Shown piece after piece: positions 49,682-61,202 of a DNA stretch of 64,000 nt (position 1 is the stretch's first letter; every line of letters starts with the position of its first letter). Both the position numbers and the translations under genes were made by a program. The notes under the pieces are model-generated. The model made no database searches and was not told where the DNA came from. It was given only the letters and a program-made list of their open reading frames with translations. The DNA is from Setoptus koraiensis (taxonomy: Eukaryota > Animalia > Arthropoda): NCBI GenBank assembly GCA_048013815.1, contig CM106586.1, positions 3,968,001 to 4,032,000 on the forward strand, in the 5' to 3' direction.

Positions 49682-52101
49682 GGGCGTAAACACACGACGG
49701 ATTGCGAATTGTTCGAATTGAACAATCCAATCGAATTCAATTGTAAATCTTCCATTTGCAACGCTCCGTTTGACGATCGATATCGAGCCACTGGGGCCCC
49801 GCTACGCACTCTGTCCGCAGTCGGCACAAGCGGCTGGCGAGACCAGGTTAATATTACTTATGTAAGTTGGCGTTGTTATCTGCTGACACAATATAGCCAG
49901 TTCCGACAGCGCAACAACACACTCTGACTGTCGGCAGCCCAACGCCGTGTGTTGAGACGGCGCCAGACGGCAAATAGGGCAAAAAATCAGTTTCGGTGCG
50001 GCAGACGAGCGAGACAGGCGGAAAAATCAGAGATTAGATGCGGCCATCGGGCCCCCAAAGATGGAGCCAATCTTCTAGCGGCGCTGGCGCTGTTGTTGTT
50101 GTCGTTGTTGCTGCTGCTGCTGCTGCTGCTGTCGTTGTTGTGGCGCGGCCGATTGGTCGCCGGCCCGGCCCAATCAGTTCCCTCGCCTGATCTTTTGATA
50201 TTATCCCCTCACTCACATTGGCTGCTCTCTGAGGCCCACTCTATTTTCCGGCCTCGGTTGGGCCGGCGCTCGTTCGCGAAACGCGAGCGACTTCGGCACA
50301 CGGCCAAGCCGGGCCGGTGCGGGCGCCGATGAAGCATAAACAAACACGAGTAAAAAAGTAAATCGTGTTGTTTTTGTTGCTCATCAGGCGCCCGGCTCGC
50401 GCGTGGTTCATTAAAGCCCTGAATTAGACAAGCGGCCAGTGGCAAATCCGACGGCAATTGAGTAATTACATGGCGCATTGTTGTTACTTCTCTTGTTTTT
50501 GCGGTAGGTGTGAGTCGGGGGCCGCCGAGCTGCGAAAACAAGCGACACACTGCCTGTTACATTTATCCGCTTCACGCACACGTACACGCACACCAGCGAC
50601 GCCACAGAGATACACTAACACCTATTGGCAAATTTCCAGATGGATGGTCAAATGGGCAAGGAATAAGAACGCCGAGAATGCGCTGCGTGTCATATGCTTA
50701 GGCCAACTTTAAATCCGAAGTGCACAATCCGATGGAATGCGCCAGCGAGAGATATCTGGCAGAGAGAGAGAGAGCACACTTTTATTTTATTTTCATTATG
50801 CGCACCAGCGGCGAGCCCGACATATCGGCCCGCAGATAGATCGGCAGCAGAGAGCGAGGGGCCCACTTTCGGATTAAAATAAACTCAACCGGTTCGGCCC
50901 AAAACAGATCGGGCAAAGATTGTAACATTTGAGATTAGTCGCCGGGTGCCCACTGCAAGCGCCAAGTTGCCAATCTCACTTTTGTTCTCGGCGTTCTCAC
51001 TGAGAACTTGTCGGCTGCTTTTTGGGGCCCGCTGGCCCCGGCCGACACACACACAGACAGTGTGTGCTCACAATGAGCCAGCCAGACAAGATCTCATTGT
51101 GAGAAGATAGCGGCCAGAGGCAGCGCGAGCCAAGTGCGCCCCCCAGAGGTAATAATGGGCCACTCTCTTCTTGACATTATTATTATTATTATTATTATAA
51201 ATAAATGAGAGATAGTGTGTGTGTGTGTGTGTGTGTATTGGCTGGGGCCCGGCCAGCGACACAACGACGGATAACCGCCGAAGCCAGTGGCGGCGTCGTC
51301 ATATTGTGCTGGTGTGTGTATGTTGATCAGATAACCACTTAGGCAATCATTTCAAGTTGTCCGCTTCAATTTGCCTCAGGCGGCTACAATCCAATTTATG
51401 GCTGGCGAAGTTGGCTTCGGCCGCTCCCTTCCACTGGCTTCTGCCGGCTTCTTGCGAGCTCGCTGGCTCACCGAGCGCTCGAACGAAGCTCGCCACAATT
51501 GGGGCCCGGCGCCGCCGCTTGGCCCGCTTGGCGCGAGATTGCTGTGGGCTTGCAGTGAGCTCGTTGTGAGCTCGCTGTCGGCTGTTGTTGGCCCGCGATG
51601 GCGAGCGCCCCCCGACCAATAAGACAGCGGCCAGCGATTGGCTGGTTCGGCATGCAGCGTTACAAGCGGCCACCGCGGACACCATTGAGACCGAGGGGCC
51701 GCGATGACCTGATACAGCGAATTTATAGATACAACATCTAGCGCTAGCGACAACAACAACAACAACAACGGCGACACCGACAACAACGACGCCGACACCG
51801 ACAACAACGACGCCGACAGCAGCAACAATAGTAATAGTAATGTTATACAGCAATTTCAAGATAATTTATTCCTATTTTGTCTGGCGCGCGCTGCAGTCTG
51901 TTGTCACAAACATAGACACTGTGGATATACGCTTTATTTTAATCATCGTCATCCCATTCGATAAACTCTCCGTCTGGCTGCTTATGTCTGCACTGTCTGG
52001 CCCCACAGCTAATTGGGCCGGCGATAGTTGCGCAATTCCGACAAGTGTCCGCCAGCGGGCCTCTTTTTGTCATGTGTCGCTGCCATTGTCCGTCGCTCTT
52101 T

Positions 52102-52177
52102 GGCCGATTTTGAGGCCGAGTCTGGGGCCGATTTCGAGGCCGAGTCTGGGGCCGATTTTGGAGCCGAGTCTGAGGCC
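52102..52177. repeat. 12-bp units alternating as a 24-bp higher-order repeat x3
   Basis: GGCCGATTTTGA / GGCCGAGTCTGG alternate. Confidence 0.88.
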
Positions 52178-53639
52178 ATTTCTCGGGCCATATATATATA
52201 GTTGTAGCGCGGCCGCTACACGTGACATTATAAGCATCATAACAAGCGATCATAACAATAATGGGGCCTGCAAGCGACGGTGATTATTAATCGCGGCCGT
52301 CGTTGCGACAATTGGCCCTTGTAGCTGTATGTTGGAATGTGCGCTCGGAACAAGTGTCGTCAGGCGAACGAGTCGCCCCAGAGAGAAAGAATCGCGCCAA
52401 ATTCATTCGCTAATCAGCCCAAAATGGTGGCTGTTCAAATGGGGCCAACACAACAATAAAATGTACCAAAATCAGCGCCCTCATAAGCACAATAATCAGC
52501 GCCGTCTCGGCTGCCCAAGCACCCGTCAGCGGCTCCGGTGGGGCCGCTGGCAGGAAGCGATCACTGGCTGGTGGCACACTTATGATACTTGTGCGCGACG
52601 CACAAAAGTATCAAATCTGAGCTGGCCCCGCTCACAGTTGTTCAAATTCAAAAATGTTGCCTGACCGTCAGGCCCCGACAATTCCTTTCAACTGTCACTG
52701 GCCAATTTGCGGACCAGATAAACGAGCCGGCAGCAAATGACCGGCTCGCTGTCCAGGTTGCATTGAGGGCGGATTAACAGCGGCGCATCCTGTTGTGAAA
52801 GGGGCTCCGATGCGAGCCGACTGGTGCATTGGTGAAGAAAAAAAAGAAATGAAAAAATTGATTTTCGTTCATATCCATTACGCTCGTTCCATTTACAGAT
52901 TTGCCGCTGATAAGCAGGCCAGCGACGCTCGGTTTATCTGACGCCTGACGGCCAACGGCCGGTGGCCAGCGGGCCCGTTCGATTGGCCGCGAACGCACGG
53001 AAATAAAAATAAATGTAGCAATATTCTAAATTGGATAATGCTGCGGCCCATCGCGACCGTTATCGATCTGAGCATTAATTTCGACTATAAATTAGCCTGA
53101 TTTGAGCTCAAGAGTGCGTGGGTTCGCAAGCCGTGGCCTAGGCAACATTTGGCAGCTTGTGAGCCGGGCCATCGGGCCCGAATCGACACCCTTGAGTGCA
53201 TTTTGGTGTGCGCGGGTGTTGGCGGAAGTATTAAAAACTAGGCCAGTGTCTGGCAGCTTTTCTTGGCTCGTTATGATCGTATCAATTATTGATGAGCGCT
53301 TATTTTGTGTGTCGGGCCTCCGTTGGGCTCCAGATTTGAATGGGCCCCGTTGTATGCGAACATCCGAAGATGTTCAATTGCAGTGCTCAGTTTGTGTGTG
53401 TGTGTGTATGTGCCAATCAAACCGAGAATGTGTGCAATCAGTCGGACATGTTGCCAGACAGCGTGATGTTCCGGTTCAATTTTCCAAGTCAATACCCAAT
53501 GAATGCCAGCGAGAGGCCCCAATGAAACGGGGGCGGTGGCGAGCGCGCGGGCCCGGCCTACCGACGGGACCGGGCAGTTATTGCCTGGTCGGGTTACGTG
53601 CCGTTTGGTCAAGCATTCGCGCAATTGAGTTTGGTGAAA

Positions 53640-53670
<31 letters not shown>

Positions 53671-56600
53671 CAACACAAACAAACAAAATTAATTATATCA
53701 CTGGCGGCGCGTTATATCATTAATAGATCATGCGTGATATCTGGCTATAACAACGAGGCGCCGACGTGCAAAGATTGGAATTTTGCAAGCGACACACACG
53801 ACACTGGCTGGCGTTCGAAGGCTGGCATTCGAAGGCTGGCATTCGAAGGCTGGCTGGCTGGCTGATATTAGAAGCCAGAGAGAAAGAAAAGAAGCGTACA
53901 GACAAAAGTGTGTACGTGGCAATGTTGAACTGCCATTCGTGACAATGGCAATAATCTCTGATCATATATAAATATATTACGTAATCCGCTGGTTAGATAT
54001 TGTTATTTTTAGTCGTTGTTTACCAGGGTGTAAATGTGATCTGCTGATCTGGCCAGCAGCCGGCAGCCAGCGACTTATCCGCCGACAGTAGACTTATCCT
54101 CGGTGTGAGTGTGTGTGTGTGTGTGTGTGTGTTTTCATCATTTTGTCAATAGACACGCTTGTCAATCAATAGCGAACGTGACTGGGGCCAGAGTTGGCTA
54201 TTTCTCATTTCGTCGTCTATCACTTGTATCACTTGGTATATATCGTACGTTGTATCGTTTGCTGCCGCGGAGGCCGCTAAAAATCCTTCAAGCGTATAAT
54301 GTATGCGCACCTAGTGTGTCAGCCGGTTGTGAAAATGCCAAGAGAATGAATTTTTTATCCATTTGCGGCCGTGCCTTGTCGATACACATCAGGCCGCATT
54401 GTGTTCTAGTTGCTGCCAGTGCTGACTGGCACCACTGGCTGTTGTTTGCGGATTATGCAAATCACTTTATCAATATCAATAGCAAACTCAATTTTGTTGC
54501 CCATTTAAAACCAATTTCTCTCTCTATTGCGATGATTCGCTGAACTGCAAAAATCATTCATGCACTAACACCTCTATTACCAAAATCATTAACTACCGCT
54601 ACTGTCTAATGCCGCTATAATGCCACTATAAACAACACACAAACAATAACTAACAATAGCAACCCGAAAGGTGCCACACCACGCAATTCAAATCAATCTC
54701 TGGCGCCTCTCTCTCGCTCTGTCTGGCCTCACCTGAGCAGCCGTGCCAGCCAAGCGGCCAACAGTTGCCGCTTGGCTTGCCGGTGGGGCCCGGTCGGGGT
54801 GCCTGCTCACGTGCCTCAACGGATCACGGGCGCTGTTTCAATTTCGATCGTTCAGATATCAATTCATGGGCTGTATATTCTCGCTGTATATCGCGCATAT
54901 ATCGCGCATATATCGCGCATTTACCGAGCCGCAACGCGATACAATGCATTATATTTTGCAATCAAATCCAGTCCAAAGGTACAATCCGACAACGACGACA
55001 ACTGCCCGTGACTTATGCCGGCATGACCACTGATTCGGATAGCCCGGTATTGCGTCATTTCATGAGGCTTCACCGTGAGGTAAATAGGAACCTAACAAAC
55101 TGACGCAAACTGGCGCAATCCGACGCAATTGCTGCTTGCTCGCATGTGGCCAGTATATTTATCAGGATCAGTATGTATCGGCCATGCTGAGCCATCAGCG
55201 AGCGCTGCGGATGATGCAATACTGACAATCGATGACATAAATCGAATGAGACGTCATTTGATCGGTTTGAGCGTTTAGTCGTTTCCTGTTTGCTGTCAAA
55301 TGTCCGCCCTGTGCAGTTTAAATTTGGCGCCACTCAGCGCTACTTTTTTCCCAATGATTTCTGGCAAAAGCCGCTTTCTGTCCTGTTTTCCGGCTTGTTT
55401 TTCCCTGTCTGACATGCATTACATGTATGTATATGTATGCCGTGTATCAGCTAGCTGTATCAAATAATGGCCAGGATGCTCGGATATTGCCGTGTGTGTC
55501 GGTCGCGGGGCCCCACAAGTGAGCCGGCCGGCCAGTCAATGCGCCAGTGGATGGCGTGCATCTTGTTAGCGGCAGTTGTTGTCGCCGTTGTCGCTGTTGT
55601 TGTTGCAGTTGTTGTTGGCGCCGGTGCGCCTCATAGATGATAGTGGCGAGATAATAAATTAAAGGATTTCGATTTCCGATCACGATCTCTCACCTAGGCG
55701 GCGAGTGCGGCCAGTGGGCGCACATATACAAATTCGCACAACAGATTCATATTGGCGAACTGGTCGCTAGGTGCCCCCGCTTGGGCTGTGGCCGAAATCC
55801 CCCCAAAAGCCCTAATATATCCCCATTTGAGATTGGCTCACCGCACCATAATCAGGCGACGAAACAAACTCAATTCCAGTTGCCTCACATTGTGTGAGTC
55901 ACACATCTTGCACCTTGCACCTCGCACCTTGCATCGCGAGGCACGCACCTCCGTGCACCGGCCTGACACGTTTGAAACACGTTGGGCCGGCAAAAAGTGG
56001 CCGCAGCCGAGAATATTGATGAGCTCGCGCGCGTCTCGACCGGCCCAGCGTGGCCTGGTTTGTATCAGCACGAGCCAGCAACCAGCGCAAACTGTCCACA
56101 CTTATATTTGTATTTATACAGCCAATTTAGTCTGCAACATCTAGATCCGCTCTGTCTGGCCAGTGGGCCGCCTAAAGCCACTTAGGCGGCCCACCGCTCT
56201 GCAGCCGCCTAAAGCCAGAGGTGTCTAGAGGCTCTCGAGGAGGCGCCAATTGATATATACAGCTCACGAGCGGAGCGGATATACTTTGTGTGTAGCCAAC
56301 AGTGTCGCCTTGTCTCGGCTCGAATCGATCACCGCTATGTCATCCCTATTATGTGATGTGTTGGGGCGAGCTTTGTGTTTGGCAAAAAGTGCAAAAAGTA
56401 TCCAGACTCTAAATACAAGAGCCACACAGGCAGCGACACAAAAATAGAGGCGCGAATATAAGTGAGATATAAATATTGATTCAGCCAGCCTGATGGCCCA
56501 TTGAGCGTGACTGACCGGCGAGCGGCGTCCATTTGGCTTGGCTCGCACAACTGGCCAAATAACTGGCCGGCTCTCTGCACAAATGTAATATATGCTCTCG

Positions 56601-57794
56601 CTTGATATCCATATTATATATATACTCACAACAAAAATATATATTTGTGAGCGAGCGAGCGAGCAGAGCAAACGATGGCAAAAAGAAAGAGCCAAGAATA
56701 AGAAGAAGTATCATCACTCACGGGCTCACTTGGGGGTCCGGCGATTCATTAAAAAGCAACAGTAACAGTGGCACTGCGACAGACACTGCCCGCCCCGGCC
56801 GCTATCTGGCCAGTGCGGGCCCCATATCCCACATACTGCCCACAGGCTACTGGCCGCAATAATACCCTGCAATATATGCGCTACAATCAACTTATCCGCT
56901 CTCGTTTCGGCCTCACTCTAGGCCCAACGTTTCGGTCGCACACTAGCCATAACGTAATTATGCCGCACCGCAGAGACGCACACATATCTCTGCGCACTTG
57001 CCTCTCGCTTGGGGCCCCGTCCGGCCGACTCGATAACGGCCTTTGGGAACCCCAAGCGGCAAATCAGGTCCCTCACTCCGCAACTGCAACTGCCACTGCA
57101 ATGCACCTGCTTAACACCACCAAATCCGGTCTAAATCTAGATAAGCGAAACGTGTGAATACTCTCAACGCACGACAAAAATCGTTGTGCCGCAAATGGTC
57201 TGATGTGGTCTAGCAAATGATATACGCCAATGGCATACAGGCCGCATCATTATACATTCATTTTGTTTTACATTTCATCGCTTGCTTATAACGTAATGAC
57301 GAGCACGATATTCATTTCCATCGCTGGCTGACAGCGTGAAATTTCATGACTCGCCAGGCCAAAAATAGACGAAACATCCTGAGAAAAAGAGATCACGAAG
57401 CACCAAGAAAGGCGAGTTGTTTCGTCTCGTTGACTTCTCAATTGTTGACGGCTCATGAGTGATCTAGTCCCTTGTTTAGGCCCCTTTGTTGGGGGTTTTG
57501 TTTCCACACTTTAGCACAATATACCCCGCGCAATACCCCATACCGCGCAATAACCCCATAACACCGCTACTGTACACTGTTCCGCGGGTCCAACACTAAC
57601 CAACACCCAGCTCGACACCTGGCCCCATAACCGAACCCGACAAAACCCTGAACAAAGTGCAATTGGCAATATTCACGTGTGAATAGAAGACGCCAGATGA
57701 CACTAAGATTAATAATTAATAACTAATTTTGAATCTAATCAATTGACCTATCTGTTTGTTATCCTTATCATCGCATTTTGGGCACATCATTCAG

Positions 57795-60245
57795 GTTCCG
57801 TGAGCGAGCCATCATTGAATGTGAGTGACTCTGGGTCAAATAGTGATTATTATTATATACACAGCAATAGTGGTGGTGGTGGCGGTGGTCATGTAAGGTC
57901 TAACGATGGTATGAGGCTGCTCAACGGAAATAACCGACGACTATCTACGACACCGCCGTTAGATGGAAATAATGTTTTATTATATAATAATATAAATGTG
58001 CCTAATAATAATAGTAATAATAATAGAAACAATATTGTTAGGATTGGTGGTAGACGGAACAATGATATTAAATTGATTGATGCACTCGGCAACATGACAA
58101 CGAGGTCAGCGAGTGTCAGCAACAACAACAATGATCACTCTATTCGCTCATCTAGGTCTAAATGGTTGCACAACAAACAAATGGTTGCACAGGTACAGGT
58201 GCCGGGTTTTGCATCTTTTGCATCTCGTGCACCAGTCAGGTTGCAAACAGGCGAACAGAGGCCAGCATCAAGCGCCGCCAATGTCACCATGCCAATTAAT
58301 AAATATCTCCAAGACGACACTCAATCCAGGGCCCCATTACCAAGCAATAGCAGCAACATGCACATTCAACTAGCTAGACAGCAACAAATATTGGCCACCA
58401 ACAAAGGTATCGCAGGCAATATAGAGGACAGATACACAATTACAACAAATACACAAGCCAACAATGAGCGATTTTATGGTGCAACAAGACAGAGAAGCGG
58501 CGGCGGCAGCAGATTGAAAATGCATAAATTAGAACAGACTAGGCCGCCCGATATCGCGCCAGCCGACAGCAGCTCGTTGTTTATTGAGACAGCAAAATCC
58601 AGCGAGGGTTCGCTCACAAATAGACGACAGCGGCAGCAGGCAAGATTATCCACACCGAATCGCTACTCCAGTGCCCCCCGCATGCAATTAGTTGCAGCAA
58701 CAGCATCCTTACTTTTAGAGACGACAACACCAACAACCGCAATAACATTTGTGCCTTCTTTATCTACAGCAACAACTTTATCATCGTCACCGGCGGCAGC
58801 CACAAGCACCGACAGCAACCACAACAGCCACAACAACCACAACAGCCACAACAACCACAACAGCCACAACAACCACAACAACAGCAACAACAGCAACAGC
58901 CACAACAGCCACAACAGCCACAACAGCCACAACAGCCACAACAACCACAACAACCACAACAACAGCAACAACAGCAACAGCCACAACAGCAACAACAGCC
59001 ACAACAACAACGAGAGGCCTCTCGCGTTATTATCCGTTCCCTTACGCAATAACAATGACAACAGTACAATTCTTTTACACTCATCAACGGCATCAGCCAC
59101 CATTATAAGCAGCAGTCCAGGCTATAGCGGCAATTCCTCCTCCGACGAGCATTGTTCATCGGGCACGATGACAGGCGCCAGCGACAACAATGACAACGGA
59201 GCAGCTTGCAATAATGATGATTATAATAGGCCCGCGATGATTGAGCAACCACCACTTCTCACTAACAGCAACAACGACGACCCAGCCACAGCTCAACAGC
59301 GACAAACAACCACAAATAATGATGAAAGCCTCGCCAATACTGCCACTGGATACACAAATACCGGGTACGCGCACTCGGGACACGCGGACCCGGGATACGC
59401 GGATAATAGACACACAGACACTGAATATGCGGCGGCGGCGCCGCTCAGGAGAGATCGGCGTCATCCGCTGGCAACTGGGGGCGCCCAACAAACAAACTCT
59501 CGCGACGACCCAACAGACGGCTCAATTAAGCTTAATTACGCGCCTAATGGATCACCGAGCCTCAACTCGTCAACGCCAGCGCCAGCCGCCATGACCATGG
59601 CGCATCAGTTAATTAATCAAAATTCGCCCAATTATTCCAATGGTAACCATGACAATAACGATTCCAGTTCGCAGCACACCAACAGCAACAACAACAGCGA
59701 CAGCGACAACAACAGCGACACCAACAGCAACTACAATAAAACAATAATCACAACTAGTAATAACGATTTAAGCAATTCAACTGCACTAGCTCAAACGTCG
59801 TCATTTGATCACACGGCCACACTGACGGACGGACAATCCCTGGGCCTTCGATCGCCGTCGCCCCTTATTAGCTCATTGGCGGGCCCAGACAACAGTGACG
59901 CAACAAACGGCAACCAAAACAATCTTGTCGTTGGCTCAACGCTGCTGGCCCCTGCAACAAACGGCAAGCCAAAATCGGGCCCCAATCCGTCGGATCAAAT
60001 GGCTGGCTCAATGTTGCCCATGGCGCCATCTAGCAGCTCTATCGATAATAGTTTGTCGTTGTCGCTGTCGTCGTCATCTCAAGTGTCGGCTCAGTCTAAT
60101 GTCCCAAGCAATTTGTTGGTACCATACGACGAGCGATGCGCCAATTTCACAATAGGCAGATCATTCAGTGACGGCGGCGAGTTCTACTCGCCAAATTATC
60201 CGGACAATTATCCAAACACAACTGATTGCGTAAAACGAATCGAAG
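57795..60245 (+). CDS. Neto: Neto exon: ~780-aa low-complexity extracellular prodomain-like region plus start of CUB1
   Basis: Open frame of 2451 nt between CAG| (57794) and G|GTAAGT (60246). It ends in ERCANFTIGRSFSDGGEFYSPNYPDNYPNTTDCVKRIE, the C...F.SPNYP..YP....C start of a CUB domain as in Neto proteins. Confidence 0.85.
58816..59009 (+). repeat. Coding His/Asn/Ser repeat (SHN-NHN)n
   Basis: AAC/AGC/CAC codon repeats in frame within the Neto exon. Confidence 0.9.
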
Positions 60246-61159
60246 GTAAGTCGCAACTTTCGCACACTTCCGGTTCATTTAGCATGCCTTTTCTGGGGGC
60301 TGACTCTCGGCTGCTCTGTCGGGCCGCCAGATTTGTGCGGCCAGTTGAGCTGACGAGTTGCTGACGAGTTGCCGGCGAGTTGCCGGCGAGTGAAATCTGG
60401 CCAGTTCCGACAGGTGAAATCTGGCGAGTCGGGCAAATTGGGCAAAGTGGGCAAATTGGCAAATTTTGGCGATTCGCGCGTCTAGCTGCGCCATGTCACG
60501 GCGCGCGCGCTGCAACAGCGCTGCCATACGGCGACAACATAAACCATGACAACGTGGGGCCCGGTCGCCAACGGGCGCGTGCAACGTAAAAATAGTGGCC
60601 CCAATTAAAAACAAATCACAGTTGCGCGGACCGGACTTGGCGCGAGCTGCATGCCGTGCATATTTGCGCTGTTAATCATGGAGGCGAACGAGGCGCAAAA
60701 AACAAAGCAAAACAAACGATTGTTTGTGTTTGCAGAGAGGGGGCCCGCGGCGTGACAGTAACATGACATAAGTTATTATAATTGATTTTGCCCAGTCAAT
60801 TCGGCCGCCGCTGGCCGGCAGACATGATAGGCGAGCGGGCCCAACGTGTAAATTGACTTCTAATGCAACTGGCTGCTTTGTCTCAGCGGCCACTGACCAG
60901 ACTGAAAAACGGGGCCCCTGCCGGCCATTGGCTGAGCTGTCGTCGGCCAGACACTAAGTGGGACAGTTATTTAGTTGGCTAGTTAGTTAGAGTGCGTTAG
61001 TTAGTTGGGGCGCCGGCAGCTAGGAGCGCAGTGAGACAATGTGACCGAGCCAGCGCGACGCAAATAATAAAGGCGCCAAATAATGTTGTCATTTAAATGG
61101 AAATGCCCACCCTACTATTAGCAACGACGGCGGCGGCGACGGCGGCGACGACGACGGCA

Positions 61160-61202
<43 letters not shown>

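Larger units (their letters stand above)
8493..57794 (+). other. Neto: Neto intron, 49,302 bp, GT-AG, phase 1
   Basis: GTAAGT donor. The acceptor is preceded by CTAAT branch-like motifs (57723, 57735) and an AG-free pyrimidine-rich tract ending CATTCAG|GTTCC. Phases are compatible and no other homologous coding exon was seen in between. Confidence 0.72.

Noticed and set aside
57743-57794. Apparent signal peptide MTYLFVILIIAFWAHHS at the start of the 873-aa ORF
   Set aside because: It starts at TTG with no ATG after the in-frame stop at 57713. The T-rich codons are the polypyrimidine tract of the acceptor at 57794.
8493-57794. Transposable element or nested gene within the giant intron
   Set aside because: No transposase, RT, integrase or other domain in any frame. 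No matching terminal repeats with target-site duplication were seen. Short degenerate MITEs cannot be excluded without a genome-wide search.
58663-59103. Minus-strand poly-Leu/Trp, poly-Cys/Gly and poly-Val ORFs
   Set aside because: Antisense shadows of the coding His/Asn repeat in the Neto exon.
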